Of a DNA stretch of 64,000 nt, positions 20,810 to 29,405 are shown one piece after another. Origin of the DNA: Rectinemataceae bacterium. Its GTDB lineage: Bacteria > Spirochaetota > Spirochaetia > Treponematales > Rectinemataceae. Position 1 is the stretch's first letter. Every line of letters starts with the position of its first letter. The stretch lies in contig DATKVK010000062.1 of assembly GCA_035530095.1 (NCBI GenBank), positions 671 through 64,670 on the forward strand. The letters run 5' to 3'. The notes under the pieces were generated by a model. The model saw only the letters and a program-made list of their open reading frames with translations. It ran no database searches and had not been told where the DNA came from. The translations under genes and the position numbers were made by a program.

Positions 20810-22597
20810 ATGGCGGTTCTGTTGGTCTTCGCTTTCGTATCCGGCGTGATCACGATACTCTCCCCCTGCATTCTCCCGGTCTTGCCCATCGTGCTTTCCG
20901 GGAGCGTGGGAGGAGGCAAGGCCCGGCCCCTCGGCATCATCTCGGGCTTCGTGGCCAGTTTCACCGTCTTCACCCTGAGCCTTTCGGCCCTGGTCCAGGC
21001 CCTGAACATCCCACCCGACGCCCTGCGCTACCTCGCCGTGGTCCTGATCGGGCTCTTCGGGCTCGTCATGGTGATCCCGCCCCTCGGCAGGGCCTTCGAG
21101 GCCGCGGCCTCGCGGCTGGCCGGTCTGGGCTCGCGGGGCGGCTCGAAGGCCTCGGCCCGGACGGGCTTCGGCCCGGGGCTGCTCATCGGGCTCAGCCTGG
21201 GCCTCATCTGGACCCCCTGCGTGGGCCCCATCATGGCCTCGGTCATCAGCCTCGCCCTGACGCAGCGCGTCGACGGAGGTTCGGTCCTCATCACCCTCGC
21301 CTACACCCTCGGCACCTCCATTCCCATGTTCGCGGTGATGATGGGAGGCCGGGCGCTGCTCACCAAGGTGCCCGCCCTGGTGAAGCGCAGCGCTTCGATC
21401 CAGCGGGGCTTCGGCGTCCTCATGCTCCTCGTCGCCGTGGCCGTGGGCTTCGGCTGGGACCGCAGGTTCCAGGCGGCGGTCCTGGCGGCTTTCCCGAACT
21501 ACGGCTCAGGCCTCACCGCCATAGAGACCACCGCCCCGGTCAGGACGGCCCTCCAGGCCCGCAGCTCCCGAAGGGCCGGGGGCCTCGGGGCCGGCGGCTC
21601 CGCGATGGCGGCCTCGGGCGTCTTCGCGGGCGCGAGCCAGTCCTCCGAGGGAGGGGTGCTCGCCGACCTGGGCGCCGCGCCCCGGCTCGTGGCCGACGGC
21701 CAGTGGTTCAACAGCCCGCCCCTGAGCATGGCCGCCCTGCGCGGCAAGGTCGTCCTCGTCGATTTCTGGACCTATTCCTGCGTGAACTGCGTGCGGACGA
21801 TTCCCTACCTCAAGGCCTGGTACAAGGCCTACGCTCCGGACGGCTTCGTGATCATCGGCGTGCACTCGCCCGAGTTCACCTTCGAAAAGGTCGCGGCCAA
21901 TGTCGGCGCGGCGATCCGGGACCTCGGCGTGACCTGGCCCGTCGTGCAGGACAACGACTACAAGGAGTGGAACGCCTACGCGAACAACTACTGGCCCGCG
22001 CACTACTTCATCGACGCGAAGGGCCGGGTGCGCTATGTCCACTACGGCGAGGGCGAGTACGACGTCTCCGAGAAGGTCATCCGCGAGCTCTTGGCCGAGG
22101 CCGGGCACCCCGTGGGCTCCGCTTCGCCGCAGGCAGTCGCGGCGGCGGGGGCGCCGCTCCCCGACTTCCAGGCGCTGACGCCCGAGACCTACCTGGGCTA
22201 CGCCCGCGGCAGCGGCTTCACCTCGGCCACGACCCTGCTCGGGGACCAGGTGACTGACTATAAGCCGAGCCGGACCCCGGGCGACGGGGAATGGAGCCTG
22301 CAAGGCCCTTGGCTCATCGGCAAGGAGTACATCTCCCCCCAGGCGAGCGGCCTGCTCGAGCTGGGCTTCCACGCCAAAAACGTCTTCCTCGTGATAGCTC
22401 CGCAGGGGGCGGGCGGCACCGTCTCGGTCGAGGTCGACGGCCGGCCGGGAGGCGACACGCCCGACGTGAAGGGCGGCATGCTCAGGCCGAAGGAGTCCAG
22501 GCTCTACCAGCTCGTCGGCCTGCCGCAGGCCGGAACGCACCTCCTGCGTCTCCAGGTCTCGGGGAACCTGCGGCTCTACGCCTTCACCTTCGGCTGA
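20810..22597 (+). CDS. DipZ-like thiol-disulfide protein (CcdA/DsbD membrane domain + thioredoxin-like domain + C-terminal beta-sandwich)
   Basis: ILSPCILPVLP motif and 6 or more TM segments, then a redoxin fold with FWTYSCVNCVRT (CxxC), then a ~150-aa extra domain as in mycobacterial DipZ. The start at 20810 (MAVLLVF) is preferred over 20768. Confidence 0.8.
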   Translation: MAVLLVFAFVSGVITILSPCILPVLPIVLSGSVGGGKARPLGIISGFVASFTVFTLSLSALVQALNIPPDALRYLAVVLIGLFGLVMVIPPLGRAFEAAASRLAGLGSRGGSKASARTGFGPGLLIGLSLGLIWTPCVGPIMASVISLALTQRVDGGSVLITLAYTLGTSIPMFAVMMGGRALLTKVPALVKRSASIQRGFGVLMLLVAVAVGFGWDRRFQAAVLAAFPNYGSGLTAIETTAPVRTALQARSSRRAGGLGAGGSAMAASGVFAGASQSSEGGVLADLGAAPRLVADGQWFNSPPLSMAALRGKVVLVDFWTYSCVNCVRTIPYLKAWYKAYAPDGFVIIGVHSPEFTFEKVAANVGAAIRDLGVTWPVVQDNDYKEWNAYANNYWPAHYFIDAKGRVRYVHYGEGEYDVSEKVIRELLAEAGHPVGSASPQAVAAAGAPLPDFQALTPETYLGYARGSGFTSATTLLGDQVTDYKPSRTPGDGEWSLQGPWLIGKEYISPQASGLLELGFHAKNVFLVIAPQGAGGTVSVEVDGRPGGDTPDVKGGMLRPKESRLYQLVGLPQAGTHLLRLQVSGNLRLYAFTFG

Positions 22598-22834
22598 GAG
22601 CGGCCGGCCGCTCGGGGCGCGGCGGGAGCCTGCCGTGCGGCTTTCGGGGCCGCGGCGCTCGATCCGCGCTCCGCGGGAGCGCGGGCCCTGCTTACGGCCT
22701 TTTTGCTGGCACAAGTTGGACTACCCGCGCTCCGCGGCCGAGCGGGCCCCGCTCTCGCCTGGGGCACGATCGGCCTTCGGTCGCAGCCGCGCGATCGCTG
22801 GAAAGCGTGGCGGCGGCGGGCTAGGCTCTGCGGC

Positions 22835-24649
22835 ATGAAGCGCCTTTTCTTGACTGTTCTATCTTTTGCGCTCGCGTCGGCCCTCGGAGCCGCGGCTCTC
22901 GCGGCCCAGGCGGCGGCCGACTCGCCGGCGCCGCAGGGAGCTATGGCTCAGGCCGGCCCGGCCGCCGCGCCATCCGGTCCCGATACGGCGGCGGCCGCGT
23001 CGTCGGCCCGGCCCGCGCCCGACGTGGAAGCGACGACCGTCGCGCCTCCGCCCGACTCGGCCGCGACTTCGGGCGGTCTCCCCCCCGGCCGCCTGGCGCT
23101 CCTGGCGCGGGGCATCGACCTCAACGACTGGTTCTCGCCCTGGGCCAATCCGGCCGCCTACGGGACGAGCTTCCGGCCCGACGAGGCCGCCTTCCTGAAG
23201 CGCGCGGGCTTCACCGTCTGCCGTCTTCCGCTCGCCCCCGACCTGCTTTTCGATCCGGCCGACCCCGGCCGGCTCAAGCCGGCTGTCCGCTACGTCGACG
23301 CGGCGCTGCGCCTGCTCCTCGACGCGGGCCTCGCCGTCATCCTCGATCCCATCCACGGCTCTTCCTCGAGCGACGAGTGGGAGCGGCGACTGGACCACGA
23401 TCCGAAGTTCCGCGCCGCGGCGGAAGCGTATTGGGAAGCCCTCGCCCGGCACTACGCCGCATTCTCCACGAGCCGAATTTTCTTCGAGATCATGAACGAG
23501 CCCCACCTGAGCGCCCGGGAGAAGGTCGATCCCGCCTGGTGGCAGCCGGTCCAGGCCGAGCTCGCCGCGGCCATCCGCCGCGGGGCGCCTTCGAACACCA
23601 TCATCGCGACGGGAGAGAAGTGGGGCGGGATCGACGGGCTGGTCGCGCTGAAGCCTCTGGCGGACCGGAACGTCGTGTACAGCTTCCATTACTACGAGCC
23701 CATGACCTTCACGCACCAGGGAGCGACCTGGACCGGGCCGACCCGGGCCGAGCTGTCCCGCATACCCTATCCCTCGAGTCCCGCGGCCGTCGCGGCCGCC
23801 GCCTCCGAGCTCTCCGATCCCCGGGCCCGAGCCCAGGTCCTGCGCTACGGCGAGGAGCGCTGGGACGAGGCGCGGATCCGCTCGGGCCTGGAGCGGGCCG
23901 CGGCCTGGGCCGCCGCCAACCGCGTGCCGGTCTTCTGCGGCGAGTTCGGCGTCTACCGCAAGGTCGCTCCTCCGGCCGACCGCCTGCGCTGGATAGCCGA
24001 CCTGCGCCGGAACCTCGAGTCGCTCGGGATCGGCTGGGCCATGTGGGACTATGAGACCGACTTCGGGCTCGTGAGCTACGATGAGCCCTCCTGGCGGCGC
24101 GGCATTCACGTGGACGCCGCCTGCCTCGCGGCCCTCGGCCTCGACCCGAGCGCGACCATCGCCCCGAGGCCAAACGAGCCGACCCTGGCCGACTTCGCCT
24201 CGGGCGCGGTCGACAGGATCGACCTACCCGTCGAGGACTGGTCGAGGCTCTGGACCCGCGATCCCGGCTCGGGCGAGGAACGCGCGCTCGAGGACGCCTC
24301 GGGCCGGCCCGAGGCGGTCGAGCTCTCCCTGCATGGCGCGCGGGACTGGTCGCTCGGCTCCGGCCTTCGCGTACCGGTGAAGCCCGGCGAGAGACTCAGG
24401 CTCTCGGCGCGCGCCTCGGTCGAGGGTCCCGGCTCCCTGCGCCTGGAGTTCGTCGCGCGCGACGCGGAGGGCAAGGTGCTTTCCTGGGACTACGGGAGCG
24501 TCGAGGCCGCGGCGGGGCCCGAGCGACTTGTCGCGGCCGAGGTCGTCGCCGCGCGCGATATCGCGACTCTCGAACCGCGCTGGTCGGGCAGGGGGCCGGC
24601 CACCCTCCGGCTCGGCTCCTTCACGCTGGAGCGCGCCGGCCGGGCTTGA
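22835..24649 (+). CDS. Secreted glycoside hydrolase family 5, with a C-terminal accessory (CBM-like) domain
   Basis: Signal peptide MKRLFLTVLSFALASALGAAALAA. GH5 acid/base motif FFEIMNEPH and nucleophile motif VFCGEFGVY. About 170 extra C-terminal residues. Confidence 0.8.
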   Translation: MKRLFLTVLSFALASALGAAALAAQAAADSPAPQGAMAQAGPAAAPSGPDTAAAASSARPAPDVEATTVAPPPDSAATSGGLPPGRLALLARGIDLNDWFSPWANPAAYGTSFRPDEAAFLKRAGFTVCRLPLAPDLLFDPADPGRLKPAVRYVDAALRLLLDAGLAVILDPIHGSSSSDEWERRLDHDPKFRAAAEAYWEALARHYAAFSTSRIFFEIMNEPHLSAREKVDPAWWQPVQAELAAAIRRGAPSNTIIATGEKWGGIDGLVALKPLADRNVVYSFHYYEPMTFTHQGATWTGPTRAELSRIPYPSSPAAVAAAASELSDPRARAQVLRYGEERWDEARIRSGLERAAAWAAANRVPVFCGEFGVYRKVAPPADRLRWIADLRRNLESLGIGWAMWDYETDFGLVSYDEPSWRRGIHVDAACLAALGLDPSATIAPRPNEPTLADFASGAVDRIDLPVEDWSRLWTRDPGSGEERALEDASGRPEAVELSLHGARDWSLGSGLRVPVKPGERLRLSARASVEGPGSLRLEFVARDAEGKVLSWDYGSVEAAAGPERLVAAEVVAARDIATLEPRWSGRGPATLRLGSFTLERAGRA

Positions 24650-24695
24650 TACTAGGGCCGCACTCCGCCTATCCTATCGATGGGGGAGGCGAAGC

Positions 24696-25370
24696 ATGAA
24701 ACGAAGCGAGATCAACGCACGGATAGAGGCCGCCGAAAGCTACTTCGCGGCCATGAACTTCAAATTGCCTCCCTGGGCCTTCCGGTCGCCCGCGGATTGG
24801 AAGGGACGTTATGCGGTCGATTCCGAGATAGTCGACAACGCCTTGGGCTGGGATCTCACCGATTTCGGTGAAGGAAAATTCGCCCGCCGCGGGCTTCTGC
24901 TGTTCACCATCCGCAACGGCCGCCTCGGCGCCGACCGCAAGAGCTACGCCGAGAAGATCATGATCGTCGAAGAGGATCAGGAGACGCCCTTCCACTTCCA
25001 CTGGTCGAAGATGGAGGACATCATCGACCGCGGCGGTGGCAATCTCGTGCTCGAGCTGTACCGCTCGGCCGAGGACGAGTCGCTCTCGGTCGAGGACGTC
25101 GAGGTCCGCGTCGACGGCGAGCTGCGCCGCGTCGAGGCCGGAGCAAGGATCGTGCTCGAGCCGGGACAGAGCATCTGCCTCGAGCAAGGCGTATATCACC
25201 GCTTCTACGGCGAGCATGGCAAGGGCAGGGTCCTGGTCGGCGAGGTCAGCGCGGTCAACGACGACCAGGCGGACAACCGTTTCCTCGAGTCGCTGGGCAG
25301 GTTTCCGAAGATCGAGGAGGACGAGCCGCCGCGCCGCCTGCTCATCTCGGACTACCGGTCCTACGTGTAG
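24696..25370 (+). CDS. D-lyxose/D-mannose family sugar isomerase (cupin)
   Basis: GGGAGG SD. Close by-eye match to the E. coli O157 Z5688-type lyxose isomerase as I recall it (YAEKIM, TPFHFHW, EDIINRGGGNL-like, VGEVSAVNDD). Confidence 0.85.
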   Translation: MKRSEINARIEAAESYFAAMNFKLPPWAFRSPADWKGRYAVDSEIVDNALGWDLTDFGEGKFARRGLLLFTIRNGRLGADRKSYAEKIMIVEEDQETPFHFHWSKMEDIIDRGGGNLVLELYRSAEDESLSVEDVEVRVDGELRRVEAGARIVLEPGQSICLEQGVYHRFYGEHGKGRVLVGEVSAVNDDQADNRFLESLGRFPKIEEDEPPRRLLISDYRSYV

Positions 25371-25377
25371 GCGCGCC

Positions 25378-26748
25378 ATGTCAGTGCGCATCGCCGGGGC
25401 GGGTTGCTGCCTCATGGACATTCTCTATCCCAAGGTGGATTTCTCCTCGGCCGCGTTTCAAGCCCTGCGCTCCCGCGTCGACGGCGACGGGGGCCTGGCG
25501 CCCGGCCGCCTGGTATTCACGGACGGCGTCGAGCGCTTCCTCGCCCAGGCCGACGCGGCCGCGGGGCGCAGGCCTCGGCCTTTGGCCGAGGCGCTCGCCG
25601 AGCTTTCGGGCGGCCAGGCGCCGGCGGCCGAAAACATCGGCGGCCCCTCGATAGTGGCGCTCATCCATGCCGCCCAGATGCTCGCCGGAGAGGACGTCAA
25701 GGTCGAGTTCCACGGGGCGAGGGGCGACGATGCCCTGGGCGCCCGGCTTCTGGCCATGCTCGGGCGCACACCCGTCAATCTCGCGTCCTTGAGGCAGGCT
25801 CCGGGCCGGACGCCTTCGACCCTCGTCTATTCCGACCCCGAGTGGGACGGGGGGCGCGGAGAGCGATGCTTCGTCAACGATCTCGGCGTGGCCGAGCGCT
25901 GCACCCCGGCCGATCTCGGGCCGGATTTCCTCTCGGCCGACATCGTCGCCCTGGGCGGCACGGGACTGGTCCCGCCCCTGCACGACGCCCTGCCCGAGCT
26001 GCTCGGCGCGGCCAAGGCCAGGGGAGCCCTCACCGTGGTCAACACTGTCTTCGATTTCCGCAACGAGCGGCGCAATCCCGCCGCGCCCTGGCCTCTCGGA
26101 CCTCCGAGCGATTCCGCTTCCCCGGGGCCCGCCGTCTCGTACGAGAACTGCGACCTGCTTATCATGGACCGCGACGAGGCGCTGCGGCTTTCCGGCGCGG
26201 CCTCGCTCCCGGCCGCATTCGACTTTTTCGAGCGAAGCGGGGTCGGGGCCTTCCTGGTCACGCGCGGAGGCGAAAGCGTCGTCGCCTGGGCTGCCGAAGG
26301 CAGGTTCCGGGCCCAGACTCGCCGCGAGCTGCCCGTTTCGGAGCGGGCGGCCCGCGAGCTGGCCGCCCAGAAGGCTTCCGGGCTCCGCTCGGGCGACACG
26401 ACCGGCTGCGGCGACGCCTTCGCGGGCGGCGTGCTCGCCTCGCTCGCGGCGCAGCTGCTCGCGGGACGCCGCGGCCGCACGCGCAATCGCCAGGCCGAGG
26501 GGCCCGGCTCCGCCGACAGGAGCGGCTCCGCCGACAGGTCCGGCTCCGCCGACAGGTCCGGCTCCGCCCGCGGCCCGGAGCCCGCGGCGGGACTCGACCT
26601 CGCCGCGGCCGCAGGCTGGGGAGTCGCCGGCGGCGCGGCTACGCTCTTCACGTTGGGCGGCACCTTTTATGAAGGCCGCGCCGGCGAGAAGCGCGCGATC
26701 GTCGAGGGCTTTCACCGGGATTGGCTCGGCCAAACGAACAAGGCTTGA
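25378..26748 (+). CDS. PfkB-family carbohydrate kinase with a repeat-containing insertion
   Basis: Ribokinase-like fold with the anion-hole/catalytic motif DTTGCGDAFAGG. A ~45-aa Arg/Ser-rich insert follows it. Confidence 0.8.
   Translation: MSVRIAGAGCCLMDILYPKVDFSSAAFQALRSRVDGDGGLAPGRLVFTDGVERFLAQADAAAGRRPRPLAEALAELSGGQAPAAENIGGPSIVALIHAAQMLAGEDVKVEFHGARGDDALGARLLAMLGRTPVNLASLRQAPGRTPSTLVYSDPEWDGGRGERCFVNDLGVAERCTPADLGPDFLSADIVALGGTGLVPPLHDALPELLGAAKARGALTVVNTVFDFRNERRNPAAPWPLGPPSDSASPGPAVSYENCDLLIMDRDEALRLSGAASLPAAFDFFERSGVGAFLVTRGGESVVAWAAEGRFRAQTRRELPVSERAARELAAQKASGLRSGDTTGCGDAFAGGVLASLAAQLLAGRRGRTRNRQAEGPGSADRSGSADRSGSADRSGSARGPEPAAGLDLAAAAGWGVAGGAATLFTLGGTFYEGRAGEKRAIVEGFHRDWLGQTNKA
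26506..26570. repeat. In-frame 18-bp tandem repeat, 3.6 copies (GGCTCCGCCGACAGGWSC, encoding GSADRS)
   Basis: Units at 26506-26523, 26524-26541 and 26542-26559, plus a partial unit from 26560. Read directly from the sequence. Confidence 0.9.
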
Positions 26749-26749
26749 C

Positions 26750-27964
26750 ATGGACGTCCCGACCGGCCGCATCGTCATCTTCGGGGCGGGCAACATCGGC
26801 CGCTCCTTCATCGGACAGGTCTTCTCCCGAGGGGGCTGGGAGGTCGTCTTCGTGGATGTCGACCCTGGCCTCGTGGCGGCTCTCAACGAGCGGCGCGGCT
26901 ATCCGGTCGCGGTCAAGCGCCAAGGCCGGCCGGACGAGACGACCTGGGTGCGCAACGTGCGCGCGGTCGACGGCCGCGACCTCGCCGCCGTCGCGGCCGA
27001 ACTCGCCGCGGCCGACCTGGCCGCCACCTCGGTCGGCAAGGCGGCTCTTCCGCGCATCGTGGCTGCGATCGCGGCCGGTCTCCGCGCCCGCGGCGACTCC
27101 GCCGCCGGCCCCGCGGTCCGTCCCCTCGACCTCATCCTCGCCGAGAACGACCGTGAAGCCCCCGAGACGCTCCGCCTGGCCCTCGAAGCCGCGCTTCCCC
27201 CGGGCTTCCCGCTCGCCGAGCGGCTCGGCCTCGTCGAGACGAGCATCGGGAAGATGGTGCCCATCATGCGCGCGGCCGACCTGGCCCGGGACCGGCTCCG
27301 GGTCTTCGCCGAGGCCTACAACGAGCTCATAGTCGATCGGCGGGGCTTCCTGGGCCCCCTGCCGGAGCTGCCGGACCTCCGCCCCGTGGACAATATCCTC
27401 GCCTACGTCGACCGCAAGCTCTTCGTGCACAACCTCGGCCACGCGGCGGTCGCCTATCTGGGCCGCCGGCTCGATCCCTCCGCCGGCCTCATCTGCGAGG
27501 CCCTGGAGCTGCCGGGGATCCGCGACGCGGCCCGCCTGGCCATGTCGGAGGCGGCGGCCGCCCTCGCGCGCGAGTATCCCGCCGACCTGTCCCCCGCCTC
27601 CCTAGAGGCCCACATCGAGGACCTCCTCGGACGCTTCGCGAACGCCGCGTTGGGCGACACCGTCTACCGCGTGGGCCGCGACCTGCCGCGCAAGCTCCAC
27701 CGCAGCGACCGCATCGTCGGGGCCGCCCTCCTCTGCGAGCGCCACGGCCTGGCCTGGGACGCCGTCGCCGAGGTCTTCGGCGCGGCCCTGCGCTTCGACG
27801 CCGTCGACGAGTCCGGAGCCCCCTTCCCGGCCGACGTCGGGGCGCGCGAGCTGCTCGGGCGCGAGGGGATCGGGGGCTTCCTGACGCAGGTCTGCGGCCT
27901 CGACGTCGGCTCGGCCCTCGACGGCCGCGTGCGCGCGGCCTTGGGCCGCTCGGCCGCTCGGTAG
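26750..27964 (+). CDS. Mannitol dehydrogenase family protein (MtlD-like polyol-phosphate dehydrogenase)
   Basis: N-terminal Rossmann motif IVIFGAGNIGRSFIG...VVFVDV typical of mannitol-1-phosphate 5-dehydrogenases. One-nt gap after the kinase gene. Confidence 0.75.
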   Translation: MDVPTGRIVIFGAGNIGRSFIGQVFSRGGWEVVFVDVDPGLVAALNERRGYPVAVKRQGRPDETTWVRNVRAVDGRDLAAVAAELAAADLAATSVGKAALPRIVAAIAAGLRARGDSAAGPAVRPLDLILAENDREAPETLRLALEAALPPGFPLAERLGLVETSIGKMVPIMRAADLARDRLRVFAEAYNELIVDRRGFLGPLPELPDLRPVDNILAYVDRKLFVHNLGHAAVAYLGRRLDPSAGLICEALELPGIRDAARLAMSEAAAALAREYPADLSPASLEAHIEDLLGRFANAALGDTVYRVGRDLPRKLHRSDRIVGAALLCERHGLAWDAVAEVFGAALRFDAVDESGAPFPADVGARELLGREGIGGFLTQVCGLDVGSALDGRVRAALGRSAAR

Positions 27965-27975
27965 CCGCGCGCCGC

Positions 27976-28020
27976 GGCTCAGGCCGCGACGGCTCAGGCC
28001 GCGACGGCTCAGGTCGCGCG
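27976..28020. repeat. 15-bp tandem repeat x3 in a convergent intergenic region. Each unit carries the minus-strand TGA.
   Basis: GGCTCAGGCCGCGAC x2, then GGCTCAGGTCGCGCG. The third unit contains the ROK regulator stop codon (28009-28011). Confidence 0.9.
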
Positions 28021-29250
28021 GCGCATGAGCCGCCCGACGTTCCGGTGCGAGAATATCTCGTCCAGGACGAGGATGGCCGCTCCTGTCGTGCCGGCCTTCT
28101 CCTGCAGCGCGGAGCGCTTGACCACGAGGTCGGCGGTGGCCAGGGGTGTCGAGCGTTTGTACACCGACTCGCGTATCGAGGCTATGAAGCGCTCGCCGAG
28201 CTTCGTGAGACCTCCGTTGACGATGATCAGGCCGGGATTGAAGAAGTTCACGAGCTTCGCGAGGACGTCGCCGATGTGCCCGCCGGCCGCGATGATCGTC
28301 TCGAGGCACGCCTCGTCCCCCAGGGCGGCGCCGCGCGCTATGGTCTCGAGCCCGATGTCGGCTTTTTTCTCCAGAGTCTCGGCGAGGAAGGCGCTCTTCC
28401 CCGAGCGGGCCGCCGCCTCGGCGTACTGCGCGAGCGCCCGTCCTCCGGCGACCGCCTCGAGGCAGCCGCGATTGCCGCAGCGGCAGAGCGTCTCGTTCCT
28501 GTCGATGCCGATGTGGCCGATGTCCCCGGCCGCTCCCTTGGCGCCCCGATAGATCTGACCGTCGATCACGATGCCGCATCCGATCCCCGTGCCGGCTTTC
28601 ACGAGAAGGAAACTGCCCTTCCTGTTCGTCGGATCGTTGGCCGCTCCCTTGTCGCGCTCGGCGAGGGCCATGAGGTTGACGTCGTTGTCCACGAAGACGG
28701 GGCAGGTGAATTCCTGCGCCAGGAAAGAGGCCACGGGAAAATGGTCCCAGCCGGGCATGACCGGAGGATTGACCGGCACGCCGTGGGAATAGTCCACGGG
28801 GCTCGGCAGCCCGAAGCCGATGCCGAAGAGCGACGAGGGGCCAAGGCCGGCGCGGCGCTCGAGTTCCCGCGCGTAGCCTATCACGCGACCGAGGATATCT
28901 TCGGGCGCCTCGCGGGCCAGGTCTATCTCCCCGCTCTCGTTGTCGATGATCTCCGCTTCGAGATCGCTGAGGGCGACGCTGAGATGACTCTGGCCGAGGG
29001 CCACGCCGACGACATAGCCGGCCGACTCGGCGACCTTGAGCTTGCGGCGCTTCCCCCGCTCCGGGATTTCTTCGCGCACGAGGCCCACGCCGATGAGGCG
29101 GTCGAGATAGTCTGAGACCGTGGACTTGGCGAGACCGGTCCGGCGGACAATATCCGTTCCGTACAGGGGACCGCGGTCCCTGATGACCTTGAAGATGCTT
29201 CCCGCCGCCATGGAAATGTTGGGCGCCTCTTCGTCGTCGAAGTGCAGCAT
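28009..29250 (-). CDS. ROK-family transcriptional regulator (NagC/XylR type: wHTH + ROK sugar-binding domain)
   Basis: wHTH (GPLYGTDIVRRTGLAKSTVSDYLDRLI), ROK motifs (DNDVNLMALAE; CRCGNRGCLEA). The start is set at the ATG at 29250, preceded by GAAGG. The longest ORF reaches a TTG at 29307. Confidence 0.85.
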   Translation of the reverse strand: MLHFDDEEAPNISMAAGSIFKVIRDRGPLYGTDIVRRTGLAKSTVSDYLDRLIGVGLVREEIPERGKRRKLKVAESAGYVVGVALGQSHLSVALSDLEAEIIDNESGEIDLAREAPEDILGRVIGYARELERRAGLGPSSLFGIGFGLPSPVDYSHGVPVNPPVMPGWDHFPVASFLAQEFTCPVFVDNDVNLMALAERDKGAANDPTNRKGSFLLVKAGTGIGCGIVIDGQIYRGAKGAAGDIGHIGIDRNETLCRCGNRGCLEAVAGGRALAQYAEAAARSGKSAFLAETLEKKADIGLETIARGAALGDEACLETIIAAGGHIGDVLAKLVNFFNPGLIIVNGGLTKLGERFIASIRESVYKRSTPLATADLVVKRSALQEKAGTTGAAILVLDEIFSHRNVGRLMRRAT

Positions 29251-29336
29251 ATCGCCTTCGTTTCTCCCTTGTAGTGTGGTAGTAGAACCGAATTGTCCCA
29301 TTGTCAAGAGACATATGTCCGGTATTAAAACGGAAA

Positions 29337-29353
29337 AGTTCGGAAAGCGAACT
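29337..29353. promoter_or_regulatory. Candidate operator: 17-bp dyad AGTTCG-GAAAG-CGAACT
   Basis: Perfect 6-bp arms, 5 nt upstream of the -35 box of the dehydrogenase operon promoter, in the divergent ROK/ADH intergenic region. A second palindrome, GACATATGTC, lies at 29310-29319. Confidence 0.3.
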
Positions 29354-29358
29354 ATTAG

Positions 29359-29386
29359 TTGACAGATTTGAACGATGGCATATACT
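29359..29386 (+). promoter_or_regulatory. Near-consensus sigma-70 promoter TTGACA-16-TATACT
   Basis: Read directly. GGAGAG SD at 29395-29400 and ATG at 29406. Confidence 0.55.
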
Positions 29387-29405
29387 GCTTCATTGGAGAG
29401 TATTA

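Noticed and set aside
22717-22732. TGGCAC hexamer upstream of the GH5 gene as a sigma-54 -24 element.
   Set aside because: There is no TTGC/GC element at the required -12 distance. The sequence is TGGCACAAGTTGGACT.
26506-28020. Tandem repeats at 26506-26570 and 27976-28020 considered as a CRISPR-like array.
   Set aside because: The units are directly adjacent with no spacers, only 15-18 bp long, and one set is in frame within a CDS. There are no cas genes in the window.
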